Positions 29,709-40,474 of a DNA stretch of 64,000 nucleotides are shown one piece after another. Each line of letters starts with the position of its first letter. The first letter of the stretch is position 1. Location: NCBI GenBank assembly GCA_913063045.1, contig CAJXYM010000006.1:6339-70338 (forward strand), read 5' to 3'. The notes under the pieces were generated by a model, which was given only the letters and a program-made list of their open reading frames with translations, had not been told where the DNA came from and made no database searches. The position numbers and the translations under genes were made by a program. This DNA is from an uncultured Flavobacteriales bacterium. GTDB taxonomy: Bacteria > Bacteroidota > Bacteroidia > Flavobacteriales > BACL11.

Positions 29709-31916
29709 TTAAAATTTATCTAAATTCATAATCTTAGTCCATACGTTTACAAAGTCGTTAATGAATTTTTCATTTGCATTGTCACATGCATAAACTTCTG
29801 CAATTGCTCTTAGTTGAGAATTTGAACCAAAAATTAGATCTGCTCGTGAAGCCATCCATTTGATATCTCCACTTTTTCTATCTATTCCCTCGTAAAGTTT
29901 TGGGTTATCATGTGATACTTGCCATTCTGTATTCATGTCCAATAAATTTAGAAAAAAGTCATTAGATAAAACACCTGGATTTTTTGTTAAGACTCCCGTA
30001 GATAATCCTCTTATATTTATATTTAAAACTCTCATTCCAGCTAAAAGAACTGTCATTTCAGGAGCAGTTAATGAAAGAAGGTGTGCTTGGTCAAGAAGCA
30101 ACTCTTCAGCTTTGACTGATACTCCTTTTTTAACATAATTTCTAAAAGCATCTGATTTTGGTTCTAAAAATCCAAATGATTCTTCATCAGTTTCCATTTG
30201 AATAGCATCATTTCTCCAAGGAATAAAATTATTTATAATTTTATTATTTGATAAATTTGCTGCTTTTTCAACTCCCACATATCCTGCAAGTACTATTAAA
30301 TCTGACAATGAAATCTCTCTAGAGGATTGAGAGTTGTTAAATTTCAATCGTATTTCTTTAAGGGTATCTAAAACATTTCTGATTTTTTTTGGTTGATTAA
30401 CCTCCCAATTAATTTGCGGTAATAAGGCAAGTCTGGCTCCGTTAGCTCCACCTCTTTTATCTGTAGCTCTAAAAGTTGATGCAGATGCCCACGCTGTAGA
30501 AATTAGTTGAGAATTTGACAAATCAGATTCCTGTATTTTTTGTTTAAGTATTTGAATATCATCGCTATTAACAAGGTTGTAGTTAATAGTTGGAATTGGG
30601 TCTTGCCAAATTAACGTTTGAGCTGGTACTTCTTTTCCTAAGTATCTGCTTTTTGGTCCCATATCTCTATGAGTTAATTTATACCATGCTTTTGCGAATA
30701 CATCTTCTAATTCATCTATATTTTCATAAAATCTTTTTGAAATTTTTGCATATTCAGGGTCATATATAAGTGCAAGGTCAGTTGTTGCCATCATTGGAGC
30801 ATGTCTAATTGATTTGTCGTGTGCATCTGGAACAGTATTTATTCCCTTAGAGTTTTTAGGAGTCCATTGTTGAGCTCCAGCAGGACTTTTTGTTAACTCC
30901 CATTCATAACCAAATAATGTTTCAAAATAACTATTATCCCACTTAATAGGTGTTGGGGTCCAAGCGCCTTCTAAGCCACTTGTAATTGTATCAATGCCTT
31001 TTCCCGTTTTAAAGCTATTTTTCCATCCAAAACCCATTTCTTCAATGTTCGCTCCTTCTGGTTCTGCCCCTACATTTGAAGGGTCTCCAGCTCCATGAGT
31101 TTTACCAAAGGTATGCCCGCCTGCAATTAAAGCTACTGTTTCTTCATCATTCATTGCCATTCTAGCAAATGTTTCTCTAATATCTTTAGCGGATGCTAAT
31201 GGGTCTGGCTTACTATTAGGGCCTTCTGGATTTACATAAATTAATCCCATTTGAACAGCTCCTAATGGGTTTTCTAAATCTCTATCTCCTGAATATCTTT
31301 CATCCTCTAGCCAATCAGATTCTGGCCCCCAGTAGATGTCTCCTTCAGGCTCCCAGATATCTACTCTTCCTCCACCAAAACCAAAAGTTTTAAACCCCAT
31401 TGATTCTAAAGCGCAATTTCCTGTAAGAATCATAAGATCTGCCCAAGAAATTTTATTACCATATTTCTGCTTGATAGGCCACAATAATCTGCGGGCTTTA
31501 TCTAGGTTTCCATTATCAGGCCAGCTATTTAAAGGTGCAAAACGAAGTGTCCCTGAACAAGCTCCACCACGACCATCACCAACTCTGTATGTCCCAGCAC
31601 TATGCCACGCCATTCTAATAAAAAAAGGTCCGTAATGTCCATAATCTGCAGGCCACCAGTCTTGTGAATCAGTCATTAAACTGTATAGATCAGATTTAAG
31701 AGCATCTAAATCAAGACTTTTAAACTCATTTGCATAACTAAAACCCTTATTCATTGGGTTTGTCATGTCAGAATTCTGATGTAGAATTTTAAGATTTAAT
31801 TGATTAGGCCACCATGTGGAATTGGAAAATGCTTTTTTTGATGTTTCTTTTTTATCTCCAAATCCAAAAGGACATTTTTCTTCATTATCTTTTTGAGTAT
31901 TGTTTTCGTCTTTCAT
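29709..31916 (-). CDS. katG: Catalase-peroxidase
   Basis: [42 protein letters not shown]. Confidence 0.99.
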   Translation of the reverse strand: MKDENNTQKDNEEKCPFGFGDKKETSKKAFSNSTWWPNQLNLKILHQNSDMTNPMNKGFSYANEFKSLDLDALKSDLYSLMTDSQDWWPADYGHYGPFFIRMAWHSAGTYRVGDGRGGACSGTLRFAPLNSWPDNGNLDKARRLLWPIKQKYGNKISWADLMILTGNCALESMGFKTFGFGGGRVDIWEPEGDIYWGPESDWLEDERYSGDRDLENPLGAVQMGLIYVNPEGPNSKPDPLASAKDIRETFARMAMNDEETVALIAGGHTFGKTHGAGDPSNVGAEPEGANIEEMGFGWKNSFKTGKGIDTITSGLEGAWTPTPIKWDNSYFETLFGYEWELTKSPAGAQQWTPKNSKGINTVPDAHDKSIRHAPMMATTDLALIYDPEYAKISKRFYENIDELEDVFAKAWYKLTHRDMGPKSRYLGKEVPAQTLIWQDPIPTINYNLVNSDDIQILKQKIQESDLSNSQLISTAWASASTFRATDKRGGANGARLALLPQINWEVNQPKKIRNVLDTLKEIRLKFNNSQSSREISLSDLIVLAGYVGVEKAANLSNNKIINNFIPWRNDAIQMETDEESFGFLEPKSDAFRNYVKKGVSVKAEELLLDQAHLLSLTAPEMTVLLAGMRVLNINIRGLSTGVLTKNPGVLSNDFFLNLLDMNTEWQVSHDNPKLYEGIDRKSGDIKWMASRADLIFGSNSQLRAIAEVYACDNANEKFINDFVNVWTKIMNLDKF

Positions 31917-32144
31917 TTTTTGATTTTTATATGGTAATTTAGATATGACAGCTATATAAACAAATTTAGTAAAAGTGTTTTTTTAAAAAAACTTAAAATC
32001 ATGTAAATATTTTAATATTCTTTAATTTAGAAGTGTTCTAAATATGACAGGATTGAAAATTTTATTACAATTGTGATTACTAAAAAAAACAATTTATGTG
32101 ATATTTTTTAGTATTAATATCAGTAAAGATCTGTTTCTCTTTAT

Positions 32145-32837
32145 TTAGATAGATAAAATAGAGACTATCAGACCTAAAATGATTGTTATTATTTTAGGTC
32201 TTGTAAACTTATGACTATTGCTTGATTCAAATATAATTGTTGTTGATATATGAAGAAGTATTCCTATTACAATTGCCATAATCTGATTTTGAAATTCTAA
32301 TATCCCATTAAAAAAATGACTTGTAATTAATCCTAAAGGTGCCATTAAAGCAAATATGAAGAGATAGAAGTAAGCTTTTGTTTTTGAAAATCCATTATCT
32401 AAGAAAATAGTTAGTAAAACAATTGAAACTGGTAGTTTGTGCATTACTATCGCAGTTAATAAATTATTATGTGAATGATGTTCAAGATGGCCTGAAAGTG
32501 GGATTCCTTCAATAAATGCATGAATACATAAGCTAATAAGAATAGTTAATGGAATAGATTTTTTTTTATGATAATGACCATGCTCAATACCTTCAGAAAA
32601 GTATTCAAGAAGAATCTGAAAAATAAAGCCTAGTAATATAAAAACACCAATACTGTGACTTTTACTGTGTAAAAAAAGTTCAGGTAACAGATGTTGGGTA
32701 ATTGTTCCGAGCAGGTAGGCTCCACTAAATGTTATAAGTAATGATAGATTGTTTTTTTTTGTTTTTTTAAAAATCTCGACAATAATTATTGCTAAAAACA
32801 CTGAGGCAAATAAAATAGTTTGAGTAGTTATATTCAT
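32145..32837 (-). CDS. ZIP-family metal transporter
   Basis: His-rich loop, HAFIEG, HKLP, multiple TM helices. Confidence 0.9.
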   Translation of the reverse strand: MNITTQTILFASVFLAIIIVEIFKKTKKNNLSLLITFSGAYLLGTITQHLLPELFLHSKSHSIGVFILLGFIFQILLEYFSEGIEHGHYHKKKSIPLTILISLCIHAFIEGIPLSGHLEHHSHNNLLTAIVMHKLPVSIVLLTIFLDNGFSKTKAYFYLFIFALMAPLGLITSHFFNGILEFQNQIMAIVIGILLHISTTIIFESSNSHKFTRPKIITIILGLIVSILSI

Positions 32838-33553
32838 TTTTGAACAATTAGTATTAAACGATCTGAAGTTAAAGCGTCAAATTTTTCAAGATTATAGTTT
32901 CCAAAGACTTGAAGGATTTTCATCTCATTTTCTTCAAATAATTCAGTAAAGTTATATAAGTCTAAAGCATGAACTTTTTCTTGAAAATTATAAGTTTTTC
33001 CATTATCAATAATCTCAATATCTTTAATTATAAAATTATCAATAACAGATCTATTGATTCTGAAATTAATATTATTTATTTCTAAATGTTCTTTTTTTAC
33101 AAGATTAGCTATTGTTTTTTTACTGTTGAGGAAATCGAAAATTAACAATCCATCCTTTTTTAGATTATTTCTAATTGCAAGAATAGTTTTTTGTTCATCT
33201 TTGATGTTTTTGAAGTAACCAAAAGATGTGAATAGGTTGGTAGCAATATCAAATGTGTTGTTTGAAAAAACCTTTCTCATGTCGTGAACGAAGAATTTTA
33301 AATTTTTATTTTCAAACTTTTTAGCATGAGAAATACTATTTTCTGATAAATCAATTCCCACAACATTAAACCCTAAAGTATTTAGAAAATTAGCATGCCT
33401 GCCTTTACCGCAAGCAATATCGATGATTTTGTGATCTTTTAGCTTTAGTTTAGAGACTAGATTTTCAATAAAATTCTTAGCTTCATTATGATTTCTGTTC
33501 TTATAAAGAATATGATAATACTCAGAATCAAACCAATTTTTATACCAGGTCAT
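32834..33553 (-). CDS. Class I SAM-dependent methyltransferase
   Basis: IDIACGKGRH, NLFTSFGYF. Confidence 0.92.
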   Translation of the reverse strand: MTWYKNWFDSEYYHILYKNRNHNEAKNFIENLVSKLKLKDHKIIDIACGKGRHANFLNTLGFNVVGIDLSENSISHAKKFENKNLKFFVHDMRKVFSNNTFDIATNLFTSFGYFKNIKDEQKTILAIRNNLKKDGLLIFDFLNSKKTIANLVKKEHLEINNINFRINRSVIDNFIIKDIEIIDNGKTYNFQEKVHALDLYNFTELFEENEMKILQVFGNYNLEKFDALTSDRLILIVQK

Positions 33554-33555
33554 TA

Positions 33556-34296
33556 CTAGTTTCTTTGTCTTAGAGCTTCATAGCAAATTACTCCTGTAGC
33601 AACCGAAACATTTAAAGAAGATATTTTTCCATTTAATGGGATTTTTGTTTTTAAATCACACATCTTTAAATATTCAGGAGAAACTCCATCTTCTTCAGAG
33701 CCAAGTATTATTGCAGTTGGTTTTGTGAAATCTGCTTGATAAATATTACTTTGTGTCTTTTCAGTACAAGCAATAATTTGAATTCCAGAATCTTTTAAAA
33801 ACTGAATACTTAATCTTAAATTCCATGTCCTGCATATATTCATTTTATGAAGCGCCCCTGCTGATGTCTTAACAGCATCTGCATTTACAGCTGCGCTATT
33901 TTGCTCAGGAATTAATATGGTATCTGCCCCTACACATTCACAGGTTCTTGCAATTGCACCAAAGTTTCTAACATCTGTAATACGATCTAATATTATAATC
34001 AAAGGGTTTTTTCCTTCTTCAAAAATTTTTGGGACAACATCCTCAATATTATGGAAATCAATAGGAGAGATAAATGCAAATACACCTTGATGATTTTTTC
34101 TAGTTAACCTATTAATCTTTTCAAGAGGGACATGCTTGTAATTGATTCTTCTTACTCTCACCAGCTTCCAGAGTTCCGCAAATAAATCATTGTGAAGTCC
34201 TTTCTGAATAAATAATTTGTCTATAGTTTTTCCTGATTTTATAGCTTCTATAATTGGTCTTATTCCAAATATGAAATTCTTTTCTTCTATTTCCAT
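33556..34296 (-). CDS. rlmB: 23S rRNA Gm2251 methyltransferase
   Basis: NHQGV, DVRNFGAIAR, KTSAGA, GSEEDG, SLNVSVA. Confidence 0.95.
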   Translation of the reverse strand: MEIEEKNFIFGIRPIIEAIKSGKTIDKLFIQKGLHNDLFAELWKLVRVRRINYKHVPLEKINRLTRKNHQGVFAFISPIDFHNIEDVVPKIFEEGKNPLIIILDRITDVRNFGAIARTCECVGADTILIPEQNSAAVNADAVKTSAGALHKMNICRTWNLRLSIQFLKDSGIQIIACTEKTQSNIYQADFTKPTAIILGSEEDGVSPEYLKMCDLKTKIPLNGKISSLNVSVATGVICYEALRQRN

Positions 34297-34299
34297 GTA

Positions 34300-35463
34300 T
34301 TAATCTTTAAACTCAATCTTAGTAGTTATTTCAGGTATTTCTCTCATTTCTATTTCTTTTTTTAGTTGCTCTGATTTTTCTTTCAAGTCTTTTGTAAGAA
34401 TTTCTTTATTTCTTTTTTCCATAGGAGGATTAAGTTTATCTGCATTTTCAAATTGTATAACGCTTTCTAAGATTTCTCTTGGTAATTGTTTGGCTTTACT
34501 TAACGTGTCAAGAAACTCTTCTGCAAAAAACTGATCAATTTGAATTCTTCTTTTTGTAGTGTGAGCAAATTTACCAATGATTCTACAGATATTATCTCTC
34601 TCTTCAGGGCTAAGTTTATCAGCGAACTCATATTCCTCAATTTTTTTTAAGCTTAATATTATTGGCTCTAAAGCATCCTTGGTAATTATATATACATTAT
34701 AGTCACCAATGTTGTATGTAAACTGTTTTATTACACTTAAAGTATTAGAGGGTATGACTAAGAAAAGGTCATTCTTGACATTATCATGCTTGGCATATTT
34801 TTTAAGATTCTCTGTCTGTAATTTAATGTATTTAGGGAAATTAGTTAGATCATTATTAGCAGGACTTTTTGCGTCAAAAATTATTAACTGATCCATTATC
34901 TCTATTGAATTATCTGGCTTATTTCTGGGGTGAGGAAAGTCTTCTTGACTAATATAATTGATAATATTATTTCTGCAAATTAATTTTAAATGACTTTCTA
35001 CATCTTTTTCATGATTCCCCCAGGTTAATTTCATCTTTTCAAAATACTCTTCACTTTCTTTAACTCTTTCGTCATTTAATCTTTCTTTTTCTTTTTCTAA
35101 TGATTCTTGAAGAGTAACTGTAGCGTTAAGAGATTTTCTGATATTCTCATTTCTAACTTCTTCAGCTTTATTTAAAGAAATATTTGAGTTTTTAAGAGAG
35201 TTTCTCTCATTTTCAACATTTTTTAATCTTTCTTCAATTTGTGTTTTTTCTGATTTTACCTGCTCAAATGAAGTAGTTTTGGCATTTGCAATGTCAATTT
35301 TTTGTTGTTGTTGTTTTACTTCAGATTCTGTTGTAGCTAGTTTTATTTCTAATTCTGAAATTCTTGTTTTATCTTCTTCTGAATTATCCTCAACAACTGC
35401 TTGTTTCTTAAAATAAAGAGCTGCCAATCCGCTAATAATTATTAGATAAAATACATATTCCAT
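34300..35463 (-). CDS. RmuC-like membrane-anchored coiled-coil protein with PD-(D/E)xK nuclease motif
   Basis: N-terminal TM, long coiled coil, TWG..E, KPD...IIFDAKSP, LFLVIP. Confidence 0.7.
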   Translation of the reverse strand: MEYVFYLIIISGLAALYFKKQAVVEDNSEEDKTRISELEIKLATTESEVKQQQQKIDIANAKTTSFEQVKSEKTQIEERLKNVENERNSLKNSNISLNKAEEVRNENIRKSLNATVTLQESLEKEKERLNDERVKESEEYFEKMKLTWGNHEKDVESHLKLICRNNIINYISQEDFPHPRNKPDNSIEIMDQLIIFDAKSPANNDLTNFPKYIKLQTENLKKYAKHDNVKNDLFLVIPSNTLSVIKQFTYNIGDYNVYIITKDALEPIILSLKKIEEYEFADKLSPEERDNICRIIGKFAHTTKRRIQIDQFFAEEFLDTLSKAKQLPREILESVIQFENADKLNPPMEKRNKEILTKDLKEKSEQLKKEIEMREIPEITTKIEFKD

Positions 35464-35478
35464 TTGAAAAATTTTGAA

Positions 35479-36069
35479 TTATAAAATGAGGACCAAAGTA
35501 CCAATTGCAACATCTTTATACAAATCAATTACATCTTTATTTTTTAATCTTATACATCCATGAGAAGCTGGTTGACCAATTAACCCTTCCTCAGAGGTGC
35601 CATGTATGTAAATATATCTTTTAAAAGAATCTATATTTTCTCCTTTATTAATTTCATCTTCTTCTCCTTGAAGCCAAAGAATTCTCGATGTTATATCATC
35701 AGTTTTACTTCTTGAACCATCTAAGTAAATAATTGATGTTTCGCCAGTGAAAACTCTAGCTATCATTCTTCCATTTATTGGTGTTTTTTCGCCAATTTTT
35801 CGCGCTATTGTATGTAGGCCTAGAGGGGTCTTGTTACTTCCATTTTTATTGCCAATTCCATATTCAGATGATGAAATGCTATAAGATTTTATTATAATAT
35901 TCTTTTTAATCAAATATAGTTTTTGAGCATCTATTGAAACAAAAATAATTGTTTTGTTTTCTATGTTAATGTTCAAATAATCGGTGATGGAAGATAAGAT
36001 CAGTTCATCATTTGAGGTATACATAAAGCTTGAAATTAAAAGTAGTGTTGTGATTAGTGTTTTTACCAT
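35479..36069 (-). CDS. L,D-transpeptidase (YkuD family)
   Basis: TPLG, YIYIHGT, SHGCIRL. Confidence 0.92.
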   Translation of the reverse strand: MVKTLITTLLLISSFMYTSNDELILSSITDYLNINIENKTIIFVSIDAQKLYLIKKNIIIKSYSISSSEYGIGNKNGSNKTPLGLHTIARKIGEKTPINGRMIARVFTGETSIIYLDGSRSKTDDITSRILWLQGEEDEINKGENIDSFKRYIYIHGTSEEGLIGQPASHGCIRLKNKDVIDLYKDVAIGTLVLIL

Positions 36070-36752
36070 TTTATCTGGTTATGATTTAAGTTTTTAAGTA
36101 TGTAATTAACCTTTAAGAAATGCTTACATCCAAAAAAACCTCTGTATGCGGATAGAGGCGATGGATGCGGAGCTTTTAATATATGATGTTTTTTTTCATT
36201 AATTAAAGATTGTTTATCAAGTGCATGTTTCCCCCAAAGCAAAAAGATAATATTACTTTTATTATCTGATAAGGATTTAATAATAAAACTGGTAAGTTCT
36301 TCCCACCCCATATTTTGGTGAGATCCAGCCTTCTTTTCTCTTACTGTTAATACACTATTCAAAAGTAGAACGCCTTGCTGCGCCCAACTTTCTAACGAAC
36401 TATCAAACTCATTTTTGTGTGGATAATTATCTGATAATTCTTTAAAAATATTTCTGAGAGATGGTGGGATTTTCTCTCTGTCATTCACTGCAAAGCTCAG
36501 ACCATTTGCTTGACCATTATTGTGATAAGGGTCTTGTCCAATAATTACAACTTTTGTTTCTGAAAATGATGTTAGGTTTAAAGCTCTAAAAATATTTTTT
36601 TTATTTGGATAAACTGTTGTAATCAAATCTTCTTTAGAAAGAAATTTATTTAATTTAAAGATATATTTTTTACTAAATTCTTTTTTTAAAAATTTAGACC
36701 AGTCATTATTTATTTTATTGATGTTAATTATCATAATAGATTTGAACATCAA
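36063..36752 (-). CDS. ung: Uracil-DNA glycosylase
   Basis: GQDPYH, PPSLRNI, GVLLLN, HPSPLS. Exact start uncertain. Confidence 0.98.
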   Translation of the reverse strand: MMFKSIMIININKINNDWSKFLKKEFSKKYIFKLNKFLSKEDLITTVYPNKKNIFRALNLTSFSETKVVIIGQDPYHNNGQANGLSFAVNDREKIPPSLRNIFKELSDNYPHKNEFDSSLESWAQQGVLLLNSVLTVREKKAGSHQNMGWEELTSFIIKSLSDNKSNIIFLLWGKHALDKQSLINEKKHHILKAPHPSPLSAYRGFFGCKHFLKVNYILKNLNHNQIKW

Positions 36753-36820
36753 ATATATAGAACTATCATAAGTTAGGTCTAATTATAAAAAACAAAAATG
36801 TATTTTTGCATAAAAAAAAC

Positions 36821-36943
36821 ATGAAAAATCTATTAATATTTGCAGCTTTTCTTTTTATTTTTTCTCTTTTAAGTTCATGTAATATGTACAAAGCTCCATG
36901 TGAGGGCGTCTCTAGTATTGAATCTCCAAAAATTAAAATATAA
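36821..36943 (+). CDS. Small lipoprotein, 40 aa (not in ORF track)
   Basis: Hand translation MKNLLIFAAFLFIFSLLSSCNMYKAPCEGVSSIESPKIKI*; lipobox LSSC; TATTTTTG at 36801-36808; stop 6 nt before lipA. Confidence 0.75.
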   Translation: MKNLLIFAAFLFIFSLLSSCNMYKAPCEGVSSIESPKIKI

Positions 36944-36949
36944 GTTCTC

Positions 36950-37885
36950 TTGTCAGTGATCGAAAAAGGAAATACACAAAAATGGTCTAGTGTTAGCATT
37001 AGACCAGTGAAAAATAGTGGTACTGATTTAGTTAAAGAGAAATCTCTCAAAATTAGAAAGCCTAAATGGTTGAAAGTAAAACTTCCAACTGGTCAGGCCT
37101 ATAAAAGTGTAAGAGAGATTACTAAATCCAAAAATTTACATACAATCTGTGAAAGTGGTAATTGCCCCAACATGGGGGAATGTTGGGGGGCAGGTACAGC
37201 TACATTTATGATTCTGGGAAATATTTGTACAAGATCTTGTGGTTTTTGTAATGTTATGACGGGTCGCCCATTGGAAGTTGATATTTTAGAGCCTCTTAAA
37301 GTAGCACGTTCTGTTAAATTAATGAAAGTAAAACATGCGGTTATAACATCAGTTGATAGAGATGATTTGCGAGATGGAGGAGCAAGTATATGGGTTGAAA
37401 CAATACATGCTATTAGAAAACTTAACCCTACAACTACAATGGAAACTTTAATTCCTGATTTTAAAGGTAAAGAAAAACATATTCAAAAAATAATTGAAGC
37501 CAAGCCAGAGGTTGTTTCTCATAATTTAGAAACTGTTCGAAGCTTGACAAAGCGAGTAAGGATTCAGGCTAAATATGATACAAGTCTAAATACACTTCAA
37601 ACTCTTTTCAAGGGAGGGATACGAACTAAGTCAGGAATTATGCTTGGTCTTGGTGAGAAAGAATCTGAGGTAATAGAAGCCATGAAAGACTTAAGAAATG
37701 TTGGTGTAAAAATTCTAACGCTTGGGCAATATTTACAGCCTTCTAAAAAACATCTTCCAGTGGTTGAATTTATAACTCCAGAGCAATTTTCTTATCTAAA
37801 AGAAGTTGGTTTGTCATTAGGCTTTGAACATGTTGAAAGTAGTCCTCTTGTTAGATCCTCATATCACGCAGAAAAACATATTTAA
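36950..37885 (+). CDS. lipA: Lipoyl synthase
   Basis: [26 protein letters not shown]. Confidence 0.98.
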   Translation: MSVIEKGNTQKWSSVSIRPVKNSGTDLVKEKSLKIRKPKWLKVKLPTGQAYKSVREITKSKNLHTICESGNCPNMGECWGAGTATFMILGNICTRSCGFCNVMTGRPLEVDILEPLKVARSVKLMKVKHAVITSVDRDDLRDGGASIWVETIHAIRKLNPTTTMETLIPDFKGKEKHIQKIIEAKPEVVSHNLETVRSLTKRVRIQAKYDTSLNTLQTLFKGGIRTKSGIMLGLGEKESEVIEAMKDLRNVGVKILTLGQYLQPSKKHLPVVEFITPEQFSYLKEVGLSLGFEHVESSPLVRSSYHAEKHI

Positions 37886-37972
37886 ATATTATATAAACTT
37901 ATTTTTTTTTAAGTTTAAAATAATAACAGAATTCTTATATTTGTTAACTTATAATGTATAAAAATATTTAAT

Positions 37973-40420
37973 ATGAATTCAAGATTTTTACCTACTATTT
38001 TCTTTTTCACTATACTGTCATTATTTATTACTGGTCCAGTAACACTTGTTGCTCAAGAGGTTTGTGGCACACATATTGGTTCACTTGAAGAGCAAATGAA
38101 TAAATACCCTAGCTTTTATCAAGGATTAAATGAGAACAATATTAAATTAGAAGAACGAAATTCAAGATTAATTAAATCTCTTAATTCTAATAAGTCTAAT
38201 ACTGCTAAAAAAATAATTCCTGTTGTTGTACACGTTATTCATAATTTTGGAAATGAAAATGTAACAGATGCTCAGATTCATGAAGCTTTATCTCTTTTAA
38301 ATAGAAATATAAATGGTCAAGATGATGATTTCTTATCCAGAACTCCAGATGTTTTTGCTGCTGTAGCTGGAAGTGCAAATATTGAATTTCGTTTAGCAAC
38401 TATTGATCCTAATGGTAATCCATCATCTGGAATAAATAGAATAAGATCTGAACTAACTTCAGAGGCAGAACCAAGAGATTTAGTTAAGTCTGTTAGTTAT
38501 TGGAACTCTTATCAATACCTTAATATCTGGGTAGTAAAAAAGTTTGTAGCTGAAGCTAACGGAGGTACATTGCTTGGATATGCTCAATTTCCTAATTCTG
38601 GTCAAATGTCTACTGATGGTGTTGCATTACTGGCAGGGCAATTTACTAGCTCTACATCTACTACATTAACGCATGAAGTAGGGCATTGGCTTGGTTTACG
38701 TCATGTGTGGGGAGATGCGGTATGTGGAGATGATGGTGTTGCTGACACACCACCACAAAGATATTCTAATGGTTTTGGAGACAATCCAGGTCCATTACCT
38801 ACAACAAATTCTTTTCCATATCATGTAGGTCTTCAAAATTTAGGATGTATTGCAGATTCTTTAAATTGGGCAGGTGAAATGTTTATGAATTATATGGATT
38901 ATACCTCTGATGCTTATTGCACCATGTTTTCTAAAGGTCAAGTGGGAATCTTTAATGAAACACTCGATGGCTTGGATGGAGAAATTGGTTACAGAGAATA
39001 TATGTGGCAAGAAGAGAATCTAATTGCTACAGGAACATCTTATGGTGCTTTAGCTCCAACTTGCACAAGACAAGCAGATTTTTCTGAAGGCTTTAATAAT
39101 TCTGCGATTTGCCTTGGTGAAGAGATGTGGTTGAAATCTAATAAATCAATGTTTGGTTCATCTATTACTTCTGTAACATGGGATCTTGGCGATGGAAATA
39201 CTAGTAATGTAGAAAATAATTTATTAACAACATATTCAAGTGCTGGAACATATGATGTGTCACTTACTATTGAATATGAAGAAGTAACAATGTCGCAGTC
39301 TGAAAATTTATCTGATCTAGACTTATCTTCAGCCTCATCATATGATTCTACAGTTACTGCTCATATTATTCAAGGAACACAGTCAGAACTTCAAGCAATC
39401 AATGCTTCAAATATCTCATCAATATCTATTGATAGTTTAGGTGTTTTTTGGGGGTTACAGGACTCTACATTCTACAGAGGCGAGATAGATAAAAAAGTTT
39501 ATACTGCTTATTACACTAATAGCTGTATTTCTTCTAAGGTTAAATCAAATTTTATTACTGTTAATACCTTAACTGCTTCTAATACTTCTTCTTCTTATTC
39601 TTATATGTTTGATTCTGAGAGTGATTTAAATGATAAGTGGCGTGTGAAGACTTCTGAAGACGCAACAAATATATGGGCATTTAATACAGATGATGTTACT
39701 AGTTGGAAATGGTTCGCTGGTAATGATATTAATGACAATTCTTGTGTTATGATGTCTTCAAAAAATGGCAAATCAACTGTAAATGATGAATTAATTTCAG
39801 AAGCATATGATTTAAGTAATTTTACTAGCCCAGCAATAAGTTTTAAGTACACTGGGGCCTCGTACAATACTTTCCCTTCTAATGAAGTTAAAGTTTACTA
39901 TTCAACAGATTGTGGAGAGAACTGGGCTAATCTAGGAGCTCTTTCTAATGTAGAAGTTTCAAGAGCCGGATTATATACAAATTCTTATACACCATCCTCT
40001 TTAGATTGGGCAGATACTGTAATGACAAAGTCAGGACTGAAAAACAATAACGTTAGATTTAAATTTGAATATATTACAAATGGTCAGAGTAATAATTTTT
40101 ATTTGGATAATATTATGATTGGAGAAGAATCTAGCCTATTACTAGAGCCTTCGAATTCTCTTCAAAGAATATCAGTTTTCCCAAACCCTACTGTGGATAA
40201 TACTAACATAATTATAGAAAATGTTTTAGATAATAACTTAGATGTTAATATTGTTAATGTCTTAGGTAAAAAAGTTAAATCTTTATTTAGTGGAATAGTT
40301 TTAGATAATAGTCTTCAATTAAGTACTAATCTAACATATTTAGATAGAGGTATTTATTTCATAAATGTTTATAGTGAGGGTGTTAACATTCTAACAGAAA
40401 AAGTAATTCTTAATAAATAG
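37973..40420 (+). CDS. M43 (pappalysin/ulilysin-like) metalloprotease with PKD domain and T9SS C-terminal domain
   Basis: CG cysteine switch, IPVVVHVIH, HEVGHWLGLRH, NYMDY Met-turn, WDLGDG PKD, FPNP...GIYFI. Confidence 0.93.
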   Translation: MNSRFLPTIFFFTILSLFITGPVTLVAQEVCGTHIGSLEEQMNKYPSFYQGLNENNIKLEERNSRLIKSLNSNKSNTAKKIIPVVVHVIHNFGNENVTDAQIHEALSLLNRNINGQDDDFLSRTPDVFAAVAGSANIEFRLATIDPNGNPSSGINRIRSELTSEAEPRDLVKSVSYWNSYQYLNIWVVKKFVAEANGGTLLGYAQFPNSGQMSTDGVALLAGQFTSSTSTTLTHEVGHWLGLRHVWGDAVCGDDGVADTPPQRYSNGFGDNPGPLPTTNSFPYHVGLQNLGCIADSLNWAGEMFMNYMDYTSDAYCTMFSKGQVGIFNETLDGLDGEIGYREYMWQEENLIATGTSYGALAPTCTRQADFSEGFNNSAICLGEEMWLKSNKSMFGSSITSVTWDLGDGNTSNVENNLLTTYSSAGTYDVSLTIEYEEVTMSQSENLSDLDLSSASSYDSTVTAHIIQGTQSELQAINASNISSISIDSLGVFWGLQDSTFYRGEIDKKVYTAYYTNSCISSKVKSNFITVNTLTASNTSSSYSYMFDSESDLNDKWRVKTSEDATNIWAFNTDDVTSWKWFAGNDINDNSCVMMSSKNGKSTVNDELISEAYDLSNFTSPAISFKYTGASYNTFPSNEVKVYYSTDCGENWANLGALSNVEVSRAGLYTNSYTPSSLDWADTVMTKSGLKNNNVRFKFEYITNGQSNNFYLDNIMIGEESSLLLEPSNSLQRISVFPNPTVDNTNIIIENVLDNNLDVNIVNVLGKKVKSLFSGIVLDNSLQLSTNLTYLDRGIYFINVYSEGVNILTEKVILNK

Positions 40421-40440
40421 GGATCTACTTAATATTAAAT

Positions 40441-40474
40441 AAAAAAAGGAGCGAAAATTTTCGCTCCTTTTTTT
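40441..40474. terminator. Bidirectional intrinsic terminator
   Basis: Perfect inverted repeat AAAAAAAGGAGCGAAAATTTTCGCTCCTTTTTTT between convergent genes. Confidence 0.9.

Noticed and set aside
31917-32144. AT-rich region upstream of katG with ATATGACAG twice, as a possible OxyR/PerR/Fur site
   Set aside because: A -7 element is present, but no operator consensus can be supported by eye.
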